From: Eledone cirrhosa
Lineage: Eukaryota
Assembly (NCBI GenBank): GCA_964016885.1
Contig: OZ024743.1
Span: 164,858,001-164,922,000 of the forward strand
DNA: 64,000 nucleotides
Direction of reading: 5' to 3'
The position numbers and the translations under genes were made by a program. Under the pieces are notes generated by a model that did no database searches, had not been told where the DNA came from, and saw nothing but the letters and a program-made list of their open reading frames with translations. This document shows positions 13,482 through 25,026 of this stretch, one piece after another; position 1 is the stretch's first letter, and each line of letters starts with the position of its first letter.

Positions 13482-13697
13482 TGAATATATTATTTTCCGC
13501 TGTTATTTGAATTAACACAGAAAATATTTTTTTTGTAATGTTTCTCGTTTTTTTTTTAATACCATCTGAAATCTCAATATTTTCTACATATGTCTAAAAT
13601 TAATTACACCTAATATACATTCATATAAAGAGATCATTTAAAACAACTTTACTGAGTGAACAATACATTCTATAGTTGTTTCTATTTCGGAAAGAGT

Positions 13698-14105
13698 GTG
13701 GTGTGTAATAATTGTTTCTACTTTTGGCATAAGGCCAGCAATTATTCCAGTGCATTACTGGTATTTTATTTTATCGTGGTGTGTAATAATTGTTTCTACT
13801 TTAGGCACAAGGCCAGCAATTACCCAGTGCATTACTGGTACTTTATTTTATCGACCCCGTAAGGATGAAAGGCAAAGTCAACCTCGGCAGGATTTGAACT
13901 CAGATCGTAAAGGGACGTAACTATGCTGGAAAGCATGGCGTCCGACCCTCTACCGATACTGCCAATCCACTGCCCTGTCGTGGGCGGTGGATTGGCAGTA
14001 TCGGTAGAGGGTCGGACGCCATGCTTTCCAGCATAGTTACGTCCCTTTACGATCTGAGTTCAAATCCTGCCGAGGTTGACTTTGCCTTTCGTGGTGTGTA
14101 ATAAT
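13698..14105. mobile_element. SINE cluster: partial (-), full (-) and head-to-head partial (+) copies
   Basis: 13709-13775 (-), 13786-13974 (-), 13983-14090 (+); gtggtgtgtaataat occurs three times. Confidence 0.85.
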
Positions 14106-14109
14106 ATCA

Positions 14110-16900
14110 CTTCAAATGCCTAGAAAATGTTCCAGATCATTATATGGAAGGTCATCTTCAGAAACTAAGTGAAAGAAAACACAGCGATCTGAAGAAAGTG
14201 AAGAAGTTCGGCATGCTCGTCTAGCTGCTAACAGAGCCCAAACAGCTTTAGCACGAGCACACCATTTGGATGAAAGGGAACAAAGGACTGCTACTACACG
14301 AGAACAACAAATTAAGGAACAGCAGCAAATCAGACGAAATGCTAATCAAGCACATCGTTCTACTGCCCGAGCAGGAGAACAAGCTGCAAGTAACATGAAC
14401 TGGCTGATGGGTGCTTTTTCTTACGACCCCCAAAAGGACTACAGCAGTAATCCACAAATCGCCATTGGGAAAATGAACAAATGCTGCCAGTATTGTGGTG
14501 CCAAGAAGTGGGCAGCAGAAACACCTAGTCTATGCTGCTCAAAAGGCAAAGTGAGTCTTAAAGCAATACAAGAACCTCCTGAATTTCTGAAGAATCTGCT
14601 CCTTCAGCATACACCAGAAGCACGACACTTCAATAAATACATCATAAAATATAATTCTGCCTTTCAAATGACATCTTTTGGGGCTGACAGGAATGTGACT
14701 GACTTTAGATTCTGTACAACTTATAAAATTCAGGGACAGTATTTCCACTTAATGGGTGGACTTCTGCCATTTTCACAGGAGCCTCAGAAATTTGTGCAGG
14801 TTTACTTGATGGGTGGAAATGAAACAGAGGCACAACAGAGATGTACCAATGTCCATGGTGGATTGCAGTTCTACATAGTCATGAAGTTATAAGAAATACT
14901 TCATCAACATCACATGTACGTCAGTACATTTAAATATGCACTGGAGCATATGAACAAAACCAGAGAACGTAAAATCATCATTAGGGCAGACAAACGCCCA
15001 AATTCAGGACATGAACGCAGATTCAATGCACCTGTCACTGATGAAGTTGCAATTATAATGGTTGATGAACAGCATGAACGACGTGACATTGTTTTGTAAA
15101 AATGAAGTGGACATTTGGAGTGAATATGAGAAACTCATAGAGCCTATGATTCACTCCAATATCCGCTCATCTTCTGGAATGGTCAAGATGGATATCATTT
15201 TCAGCTACGGCAGATCAGCCCAGGAACGGGACAAGAAAGTGGCCGATCAATCAGCTGCAAAGAATGCTATGCTTATCATTTCATGGTACTTGATCACTTC
15301 AACCAAGTTCTGCGATTCAAAGAAGTAACCAGCCAGTTCATGGTGGACAAATATGCCAAAATTGAAACAGAAAGATTGGGTTTTCTGCAAAGGAATCAAA
15401 CTAAGTTGAGGGCAGATAACTACATCCACCTTAGAGATGCCATCAATTCTGATGTTGACCCAAGAAATATTGGCCAGCCAGTCATACTGCCATCAAGCTT
15501 CACGGGAGAACCACGTACACAAGATACAATGGTCTATGTCAGAAAATTTGGTTCGACCAGATCTCTTCATTACACTTACATGCAATTAAAACTGGTCAGA
15601 AATATCAAATGAATTATTTCAAAATCGAAAACCAAAGGATCGACATGATCTCATTGCTCGGGATTTCCATGAAAAGCAAAAAAAAAACTCAGCTGGCTCC
15701 TAAAAGAAGGAAGAATCTTTGGTGAGCTTAGTGCTTGGATGACCACTATTGAGTGGAAGAAGAGAGGTCTTCCTCACTCTCACACACTAATCTGGTACAA
15801 GGAGAAGATAAGACCAGATGATGTTGATAAGATCATTTCAGCAGAGTTGCCTGATAAAGGTGGTGATCCAGAGCTCTTTGAAACCATCAAGTCCAAACTC
15901 ATTCATGGTCCATGTGGAGTCATCAATCCAGCCTCTCCCTGCATGAAAGATCAAACATACAGCAAACATTATCCTAAAGCTTTTATTCGGGAAACTCGGA
16001 CTGACAATAATGGATACCTATTTTACCAGAACATGGAGGCAATACTGCAAGCCTAACAGTTCGAGGAGAGGAGCTGACCATAAACAATCAGTGGGTCGAC
16101 CCACACAACAAATTGTTGTGTAAACTTTTAAAAGCTCATATCAATGTTGAGTATTGCAGCTCCGTCAAGGCAATCCTATATGTCACAAAATATATCAACA
16201 AGGGCAGAGACATGGCTACCTTTATTACTGACAAAGAACTCAATGATGGTGGGCTGGATGAGGTCAAACGGTATCAAACAGGTCGATACATCTCCAGCAA
16301 TGAAGGTATCTGGCGAATCTTTGGATTTGATATACACCAACGCCACCCAACAGTGGTCAACCTCGCAGTCCATATGGAAAATGGACAGAGAGTGTACTTC
16401 ACTGAGATCACTGCTCATCAGTTGGCACAAGCATCACATGACACTACACTAACTGCTTTCTTTAAACTCTGCCAGAATGATGAATTTGCTCGATCCCTCC
16501 TATATGCTGAAGTCCCAACATACTACACCAGGACTAATTGCAAGACCTGGAATCGAAGAAAACAGGGTCACTTAGTGGAAGGTCATGAAGTCAAGTCAAG
16601 TGATGCTATTGGGCGTGTTTACAATGTCCATCCCAACAACAGAGAATGTTTTTATTTACGGCTACATCTGCATACTGTTCGAGGACCAACGTCATTTGAG
16701 GATCTTAGGTGCTTCAGAGGAGGGGAGTGCGCAACATACCAAGAAGCATGTAAACAGCATGAACTCCTGCATGACAATGGACACTGGAAGAAGTGCCTAA
16801 AAGAAGCACCAATCACTCAAGTAGCCAGCTAAATAAGACGATTATTTGCTATTATGCTCACAGCATGTGGAATTTATGAAGCTCATCTACTCTGGCAGGA
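14110..16900 (+). pseudogene. Helitron Rep/helicase, Rep portion, disrupted and lacking the helicase
   Basis: Zn motif CQYCGAKKW...CCSKGKV; motif 1 region VYVRKFG..DLFITLTCN (frameshifted); HUH motif IEWKKRGLPHSH; YVTKYINKG; GRYISSNEGIWRIFGF; RGPTSFEDLR. Confidence 0.92.
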
Positions 16901-17671
16901 GATACGGTACGAAGTACGGAGATATTGTTTACATTTATCGTGTATAAGTTTCGTTTTATCCAAATTAATTAATAATCTGTATTTAACTTGATTTATAGTA
17001 TTGAATACAGTAAAATTTGGTTAAATCGAAATAATAATACTCTCAAGTGTAAATATAACTAATAATTAATCCTATATGTAATTGACAAACATTGATTTAA
17101 ATAGTATTGTTTATAATATTTATATTTCTAAACATATAAAATGCATATACAGATGCTAATATCCAAGTAAGTTAAGTTTAATAATATCCTATTTACTATA
17201 TTTGTAAGCACCATTGTTAGTTAATAATATTTATAATTTTGAATTTTATAACTAAATTATTGAATGCATTTACTAATTTAAATATGCTCCAGATTATCAT
17301 TGAAAATATGTTATATTATTTTATATTATTCTATATTGTTTTAATTTTGATATAATATAATAGTATAATTTCTTTCAAATATTATAGAGTAAAAATTTCA
17401 CGGTATTTAATTGATCGTTTAAACCTAACTTAATATTTGAAAAAAAAACGGCCACGCATGATGTACCCCCATTCTTCTTTTCCTTATCTAGTTATATTAT
17501 ACCATCTATATCTCCCTCTCTTCGTTTTTATCTTCATCTCTCTATCTTTTCTTTTTCTCTTCTATTTAGCTCTCTCTCACTTTTTTTTTCTCTAATACGG
17601 ATATTTACATATTTAGTTATTTAAATATTTAACATTTACGTACTTATGTGTTTATGTATTTTATTTATCTA

Positions 17672-18534
17672 CTAGCAGCTGAGCCCGGTTGCACCCGGGG
17701 CCACTTTTTATTAAGTTAATAATTTGAAAAATATTATTGAAAGTTTATTATAAAGAAGCAGTTTCAGGAAAAAAATAGAAATATGCACTTGGGGCTGGAC
17801 GGCGTACAATGAGAAGTGGAGCGACGTGAAAAGCGTTGTTTATTAACAGCGAAATAGCAATGTCGATGATATGCAATTTGAAAAATACTACTTACTGTTA
17901 GTGGTGGTTAACATGTATTAGAATTAAAATAAAAACACGCGTCCCTTCTTCGCAATTTAAGGGTTTTATTTCTTTTGCTGGAAAACAGTGACCGTACTGC
18001 AGAATCGATTTCATAAAACGGTACTGTGAAAATGAAACGTACTGTAGAAGGCAACAGTTTATTAATCTGCATTTTCAAACTTGCATATCATCGACATTGC
18101 TATTTCGCTGTTAATAAACAACGCTTTTCATGTCGCTCCACTTCTCATTGTACGCCGTCCAGCCCCAAGTACATATTTCTATTTTTTTTCCTGAAACTGC
18201 TTCTTTATAATAAACTAACAATAATATTTTTCAAATTATTGGTACTGTATGTTAACAGCGAAAGAACGTTGATGAGTTTAAAAATTTGTATGAAATTGTA
18301 AATAACTCATCCAAGTATTAGAACAGGGGGAAATAACTCACCGAACGCGATAGTAAATTGACCGTTTGAGGGCCCTAGGGACCACATTTTTCAAGTTAGA
18401 GATTTGAAACCTCGTCTATTTGCTTCCTTGGCACTTTTTACATAGGTGTGTAAATTTTCATGTCCGTCCGACTACGTCTACTACCGTGCACATCTGAATT
18501 TCAACCACCACCCATTTCACAAATATATATTAGA
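17672..18534 (-). mobile_element. Non-autonomous Helitron (family A)
   Basis: 5' TC at 18534, 3' hairpin ccccgggtgcaaccgggc then CTAG, inserted between A and T; same family as 28440-30009. Confidence 0.85.
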
Positions 18535-18688
18535 TTTATCTATTTCTTTTCTACACACCCTCTCCATTATATGTAGTTTGTCATGTTAGTACTTATGGTA
18601 TATAAATATTGAGTTTTGTTATAATTAATCACTGCCAAGACTGGAATTGAACCATTAGCACAGTTGAGGTATGTCATACATCAATATA

Positions 18689-18758
18689 TATATTTTATCT
18701 GATGAGGACGTACTCAGGAAACAGCACAGTACCTCCGAAATATATATAATAAAATATA
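18689..18758 (+). ncRNA. Type I hammerhead ribozyme (PLE terminus)
   Basis: tattttat-CTGATGA-gga(c)gtact...agtac(c)tcc-GAAA-tatatata-ataaaata; palindromic minimal stem III. Confidence 0.8.
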
Positions 18759-18797
18759 TTTGAGTACATGGATGTCTATATTTATTAATATTTTGAA

Positions 18798-18859
<62 letters not shown>

Positions 18860-18860
<1 letters not shown>

Positions 18861-20960
18861 CCCAAGCAATATCCAATCGAATAATTGTAACTGTAGAAAT
18901 AAATCCAACTGTCCGTTAAATAACAACTGCTTAGCAAAAATGTAGTTTATAATTGTAATGTTAAAACTAATTGTAATGTTAAAACTAATTTAAATTCATT
19001 TAATTATGTCGGTTCTACCTCTACAGAATTTAAATCCCGCTTCAATAATCATAAAAACTCTTTTACGGATCCAAACAAAAAATCTTCAACTTCGTTATCT
19101 AGCCTATTATGGGACCTAAAACGAGATAATGTTGAATATTCGCTGATTTGGAATATTATTTCAAAAGCTACTCCTTTTAACTCCTCTTCAGAAAATTGTG
19201 ATCTTTGTATAGAGGAAATATTCTTTATATTAAAGACCAAAAATTCCCTTAATTTAAGGAATAATTTATTCAGTTGCTGCAGACATAGATTGAACTCAAC
19301 GTTTAAATATAAATATAAATTTAAAATGTAGTATAATTAATTAAGTAATTTGGTTAATATATGAAACCTGTCGATAAATCATTAGATTCCTTCACCTTTT
19401 TCATTTTCTTTGGTTAAGTACTCAAGTATAAATTTTCTTCCTAAATATAATAAACTATTCTAGAAAAGTTTATCCTTTCAATATCTTGAATGAAATATAC
19501 GTAAGATAAATCTCTATACTAAATATATTAAACATATTATTTTAGCTTAAAATATTCTATAATATTTTAAAATATTTTGATATTTTGATATCTGTAGAAT
19601 CCTTGTTTTTTAAGTTATATTGATATAATATTTTATTTATTTTTCATTAGGTTTGTTTTTATTCTGATAGCTTCTCATAATTTTCAAAAGTTTATCCTTT
19701 CACTATCTTGATTAAAATATACGTAAGATAAATTTCTATATTAAATCTATTAAACATATTATTTTAGCTTGAAATATTCTATAATATTTTAAAATATTTT
19801 AATATTTTGATATTTGTAGAATTCGTTTGCCTTTTAAGTTATATTGATATAATTATATTTCCAAAATACAATCCTTTTGTATTTTATATACTCAATTGTA
19901 CTATGTAATATATTGATGTATACTTATCTCTATACGATTATGTATCTATATATGTGTATTAACATACATATACATGTGTTATATGCTTTTTTATGAATAT
20001 ATGTCTGTCTGTATATATGCATGAGTGACGCGTGTCTACCAATTGGGTGAAGATGCACACACATATTTATATATGTATAGCTAAGAATTGTGTGTGTGCA
20101 TGCTTACCCATGCAGTTTTGATTGCAGATATGCATAATTTAACAGCCATAAATGCATGAAAGTTAATCCTATATATTTATATATATATACTAACATTTTT
20201 TATTTAATAACACAAGGAATGTATAGCAGTAATAAAAAAAATCACTTATGCTTTGTATGTATATGTTATATGCGGGAGTAGATATAATGTGTATTTTCCG
20301 AGTGTGTGTGTATATATATATTTATGTATCTTTGCCTATGTGTACGTGATATACGATGGGTAATTTCTCTAGCAGTATATATATTTTGTAATGTTTAAAT
20401 TCCAATTTTTAATATATTGATCTCAATTTTTAAACTAAATATCTAATCATAATTAAACAATGATTAATTTCTCATATTATATATATATATTCCATTCATG
20501 AATATTAATATTTTTAATTTTATTTATTCATTTCGTCTCAATTGTTAACTCAACTTAATATGACATGACTTAAGATTTTCGTTCTCTCCCCCTCTCTCTA
20601 TCTCTATATTTCTCTCTCTTCAGTTTTTTCTCTCTGTCTGGTGGTTTTATATCTCTGTTGTTTTCCTCTGTTTTCTTTTTTCTTTTTTCTTTTCTTTCTT
20701 CTTTTTTCTTTATTTATCTCTCCCTTTCTTTTTTCCACGTTTCTCTCTATCTCTCCGTCTTTTTACTTATCCTGAACACAACAACTTACTAAAATAAACA
20801 AACCACTCTCCTGATGTCGTCCAAAAGTAATGGTCGCATTTTGAAAGGGTACGTCAATGTTTATTTATAAAACTGGTATATATTGTATTTTGTCTTATGA
20901 AGGCATACCATAATTTAACTTGGTATCCTTGAAATATGTATAATGAAATAAATATGGTTT
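18860..20960 (+). mobile_element. Naiad-type PLE 3' part: GIY-YIG endonuclease and long 3' UTR
   Basis: NCNCRNKSNCPLNNNCL, VVY, YVGSTSTEFKSRFNNHK, WNII, CDLCIEE, LN.RN.LFSCCRH; ends in an HHR and (TA)n; ~220-bp tandem duplication at 19463-19860. Confidence 0.85.
20884..20950 (+). ncRNA. Degenerate hammerhead ribozyme (G5->U)
   Basis: CTTATGA-agg(c)atacca...tggtatcctt-GAAA-tatgtata; core mutated, probably inactive. Confidence 0.6.
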
Positions 20961-21008
20961 TATAAATATAGTTTCCATTTGTTAATATCGTATATATATA
21001 TATATATA

Positions 21009-21698
21009 TTGTTATACTTTGGGAGGGTCATGTTGCCAATAAGAAACACACGCACCAGTTGCTTTCACTTCAATTTATTATAATAAATTTATAAATTTAG
21101 GAATTTATAAATTTCTGGTTGTTTGGTTGGTTCCACAACCAGATAGTTGTTTATATATTTCAAAGTTCTTTCGTCACACATTCTGTGACCTCTTCAGTGA
21201 CTGGGGATTCTTTTCTTTGTTTTGTTTTGTTTGTTTTTGTGCCTCTCCTTTGTTCTGTCCTACGCCATTTTGTTTCTGTGTGTGTGTTGTGTGCTCAGTC
21301 TCAGAGAGACACAACACACACACAGAGCACACAACACACACAGAAACAAAATGGCGTAGGACAGAACAAAGGAGAGGCACAAAAACAAACAAAACAAAAC
21401 AAAGAAAAGAATCCCCAGTCACTGAAGAGGTGACAGAATGTGTGACGAAAGAACTTTGACAATATATAAACAACTATCTGGTTGTGGAACCAACCAACCA
21501 ACCAGAAATTTATAAATTCCTAAATTTATAAATTTATTATAATAAATTTATTATAATAAATTTATTATAATAAATTGAAGTGAAAACAACTGGTGCGTGT
21601 GTTTCTTATTGGCAACATGACCCTCCCAAAGTATAACAATATCGGTTTCAACACACGATTTCAGATAAAGAATCTTGCTAAACAAATTCAGAAACGAA
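21009..21698. mobile_element. Inverted pair of PLE pseudo-LTRs with HHRs at 21159-21201 (-) and 21418-21460 (+)
   Basis: ~290-bp inverted arms; gtca-CTGAAGA-g-gtcaca..tgtgac-GAAA-gaactt-tgac; flanked by (TA)n. Confidence 0.85.
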
Positions 21699-21765
21699 AT
21701 ATATATATATATATATATATGGGGGGGGGGGGGTACCATCACTACACAAGATACAGAAGATTAAA

Positions 21766-22950
21766 CTAGCTCACTTGCAACAAGAATCAACGCCGTTTTC
21801 TAACTCGAGATGATTATTGACATACACTGATTACAAAACACCCACAGGAATCGATTTTTATGGGAAATCCGTAAGTCGACTTCTGAATTCTAATGGTTAT
21901 GTGAGTTTTGCGTCTGTGTAAGTATGCGGGTTCGTACGTATGTAGGGTGTGTGTATATGTGTACATCGTGTTTTGGTTGACGGAGTCTCCGAACATAAGT
22001 GTATTTACATGTAAGTATGTGTGTGCGCTTGTTATATACGTATTTATTTATTTATATACGTTTATTTAATTATATGTATACACGCACACACACACATATA
22101 TATATATATATTTTTTTTTTAATATATATTTTTATGTGTATTTGGTGTATACATTCGTATGCCTGCGGGTACAGGCATTGCGTGGGTTCTGTATGTGCGT
22201 GGGGGGTTTGGGGGGGGGGGGGGTTGTGTACGTGCGTGTATTTGTATACATATGGCGAGTGTTTTCGCGTATGCTTGTGTATGTACGTATATGGATGCGT
22301 GTATGTATTTATTTAATTTCATTTACCTCTGTATTTTATTTACTTTATTCTTAACTCTGAAGCCGAGAATCATTCGGTTTCCTAGTTAGAATTTTAGTTT
22401 ACGGCTTCAGTTATACTATTTACGTGATTTTGTCTTTGCGTGCAATTGTTCTCCACGCTCCACATATGACGTATTATCTTCGTTTTTACCGTTCATTGCC
22501 AGAGAACGTCTCTATGACAACCTAATAGAATATTAGTCTACGACTTCTTTTAAACCATAAACGTGGTTTTGTTTTTGCGTGTAATTGTTTTTCACCGCTC
22601 CAAATAATGACGTATTATATTCGTTTTTTCCCGTTCTTTGCCAGGGAACGTTTTCACGAATCAAAGTATCGTCTTCCCGTCTTCCTCCAGTTGCAACGTT
22701 TTTTGAAATATTCACTTCTGCGTTCACAGATTGACTTTGTTAGTTTTAGAAGATCCCGTTAAGGGTGAACGCAGCGATTCTTTGCTTAAACTTTAATCTG
22801 TTATTTTAATAAATATTTGCTCTACGGTTCTTATATATTTGATATATATTTATCCTTATCGAGCCCTCTTTGAATTTTAGTCTTCAAATTTATTATTATT
22901 ACTATTCTTTGATTAAACTTTAATCTGTTATTTTAATAAATATATATATA
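21766..22950 (-). mobile_element. Helitron-related non-autonomous repeat
   Basis: Shares tgtgaacgcagaagt...cgttccctggca with the Helitron at 57767, and gaagatcccgttaagggtgaa with 49135, 55560-55690 and 56430; ends uncertain. Confidence 0.5.
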
Positions 22951-23150
22951 TATAAAAACAAATAACGAAACGAAATTAAATTTCGTTTCGTTTGTAACTC
23001 ACTTTTGTATGACTGACGCTCAAACAATTAAGTCAAAGATGTACATCCATATATGTATACTGAAATACTAGTATGTATATGAATACACACACGTATACAT
23101 ATGTAGATGTACCAAGTTTTTTTTTTTCACTGATCACTTTGACTTAATTG

Positions 23151-23207
<57 letters not shown>

Positions 23208-23210
<3 letters not shown>

Positions 23211-24345
23211 TGTTATGCTTTGGGAGGGTTATGTTGCCAATAAGAAACACATGCACCAGTTGCTTTCACTTCAATTTATTATAAATTAAATTTATAAATT
23301 TAGGAATTTATAAATTTCCGGTTGGTTGGTTCGTTCCACAACCAGACGATTGTTCATATATTGTCAAAGTTCTTTCGTCACACATTCTGTGACCTCTTCA
23401 GTGACTGGGAATTCTTTTCTTTGTTTTTGTGCCTCTCCTTTGTTCTGTCCTACGCCATCTTGTTTTTGTTGTGTGCTTAGTTTGCGCATGTGTTACATCC
23501 GGGTGTCTGTGTGTGTTTATATTTGTTTATTTATTTGTTTATTTACATGTTACTGTAAAACTAGAAATGTAATATATAGCATAAGATGTACTGAAAGACA
23601 ATGCAGAGATAAGAATATAGTGTACATAGGTGAGACAGCTCGTAGTATAGGGGAACGGATAAATGAACACTGGCGAGAACTTCAAGATAGTAAAGAATCA
23701 TATGAAGAATCATATCCACCAACATGCTAAAATAGAACATAAGGGTAAATTAGAGAACATAGAAATAAAAATAGAATCTACACACAGAAAAGACGCAATG
23801 TTTAGACAAATCACAGAGGCAATAAACATAAATGAACTCCAACCAAAATTAAATAGAAAACATGAATGGAATAGCAACATCACAACTTACAATTAAGGAC
23901 AAAATGAAAACACACACACACATAGAACAAACAACCAACCAGTAACATGTAAATAAACAAATAAATAAACAAATATAAACACACAGACACCCGGATGTAA
24001 CACATGCGCAAACTAAGCACACAACACACACAAAAACAAAGATGGCGTAGGACAGAACAAAGGAGAGGCACAAAAACAAAGAAAAGAATCCCCAGTCACT
24101 GAAGAGGTCACAGAATGTGTGACGAAAGAACTTTGACAATATATGAACAACCGTCCGGTTGTGGAACCAACCAACCAACCGGAAATTTATAAATTCTTAA
24201 ATTTATAAATTTAACTTATAATAAATTGGAGTGAAACAACTGGTGCGTGTGTTTCTTATTGGCAACATGACCCTCCCAAAGCATAACAATATCGCTTTCA
24301 CACACGTTTTCAGATAAAGAATCTTGCTAAACAAATTCAGAAACG

Positions 24346-24347
<2 letters not shown>
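23208..24347 (+). mobile_element. 5'-truncated PLE: GIY-YIG fragment (23553-23895) between inverted pLTRs, with HHRs at 23363-23405 (-) and 24095-24137 (+)
   Basis: NVIYSIRC...YIGETARSIGERINEH...ITEAINI..LQPKLNR; same pLTR as 21009-21698. Confidence 0.9.
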
Positions 24348-24406
<59 letters not shown>

Positions 24407-25026
24407 AGTAAATATAAATTAATATATATGATGAAACACAAATACCAACATATCTGTGTTTATATTGTAAAAGAAATTAAGTTAGCTAGAATGAAATATA
24501 CTAATTATAATATTACAGTTTGCCTATCTCGATTTAAAATAATAAATCAATAAAAACAAATAGTATTGGCAAATGGCCATGGTGTTTAGACAAATTTAAA
24601 TTTCATAATCAAACCTGTTCCGTAGATAAGTTTAAACTTTAAAATCCAAATATGTTTCGAGATGAATAAGTGTAAGGATATCATGTCCAGCTCACGAAGC
24701 GTAAGGATATCATGTTTCATCATATATATTAATTTATATTTACTTGTATTATACGGCTCAGAAATATTTCTTTCTTTGAGCTATTTCATTGTAAAGGAAT
24801 GCTTGAGTTTTGAACTAAATACACTTAATATAATTGCTCCTTACGTTGAGCTGATAGTAGCCCCATATAGACGGCTGTTATTTCTAGCAGTACGAGTATG
24901 AGGCTGGCTAGAAACTGGAAAACCATGTGTTAAACCATGTGCGTTAAACAGTCTTTTAAAATATTTAGAAGTGAAGCATATCAATTTGTTCAGGGTGTTT
25001 ACTGATGTGAGCTGGACATGATATCC

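Noticed and set aside
18880-20880. Selenoprotein-type Naiad (in-frame UGA plus SECIS)
   Set aside because: The conserved Cys codons are TGT/TGC and I see no convincing SECIS
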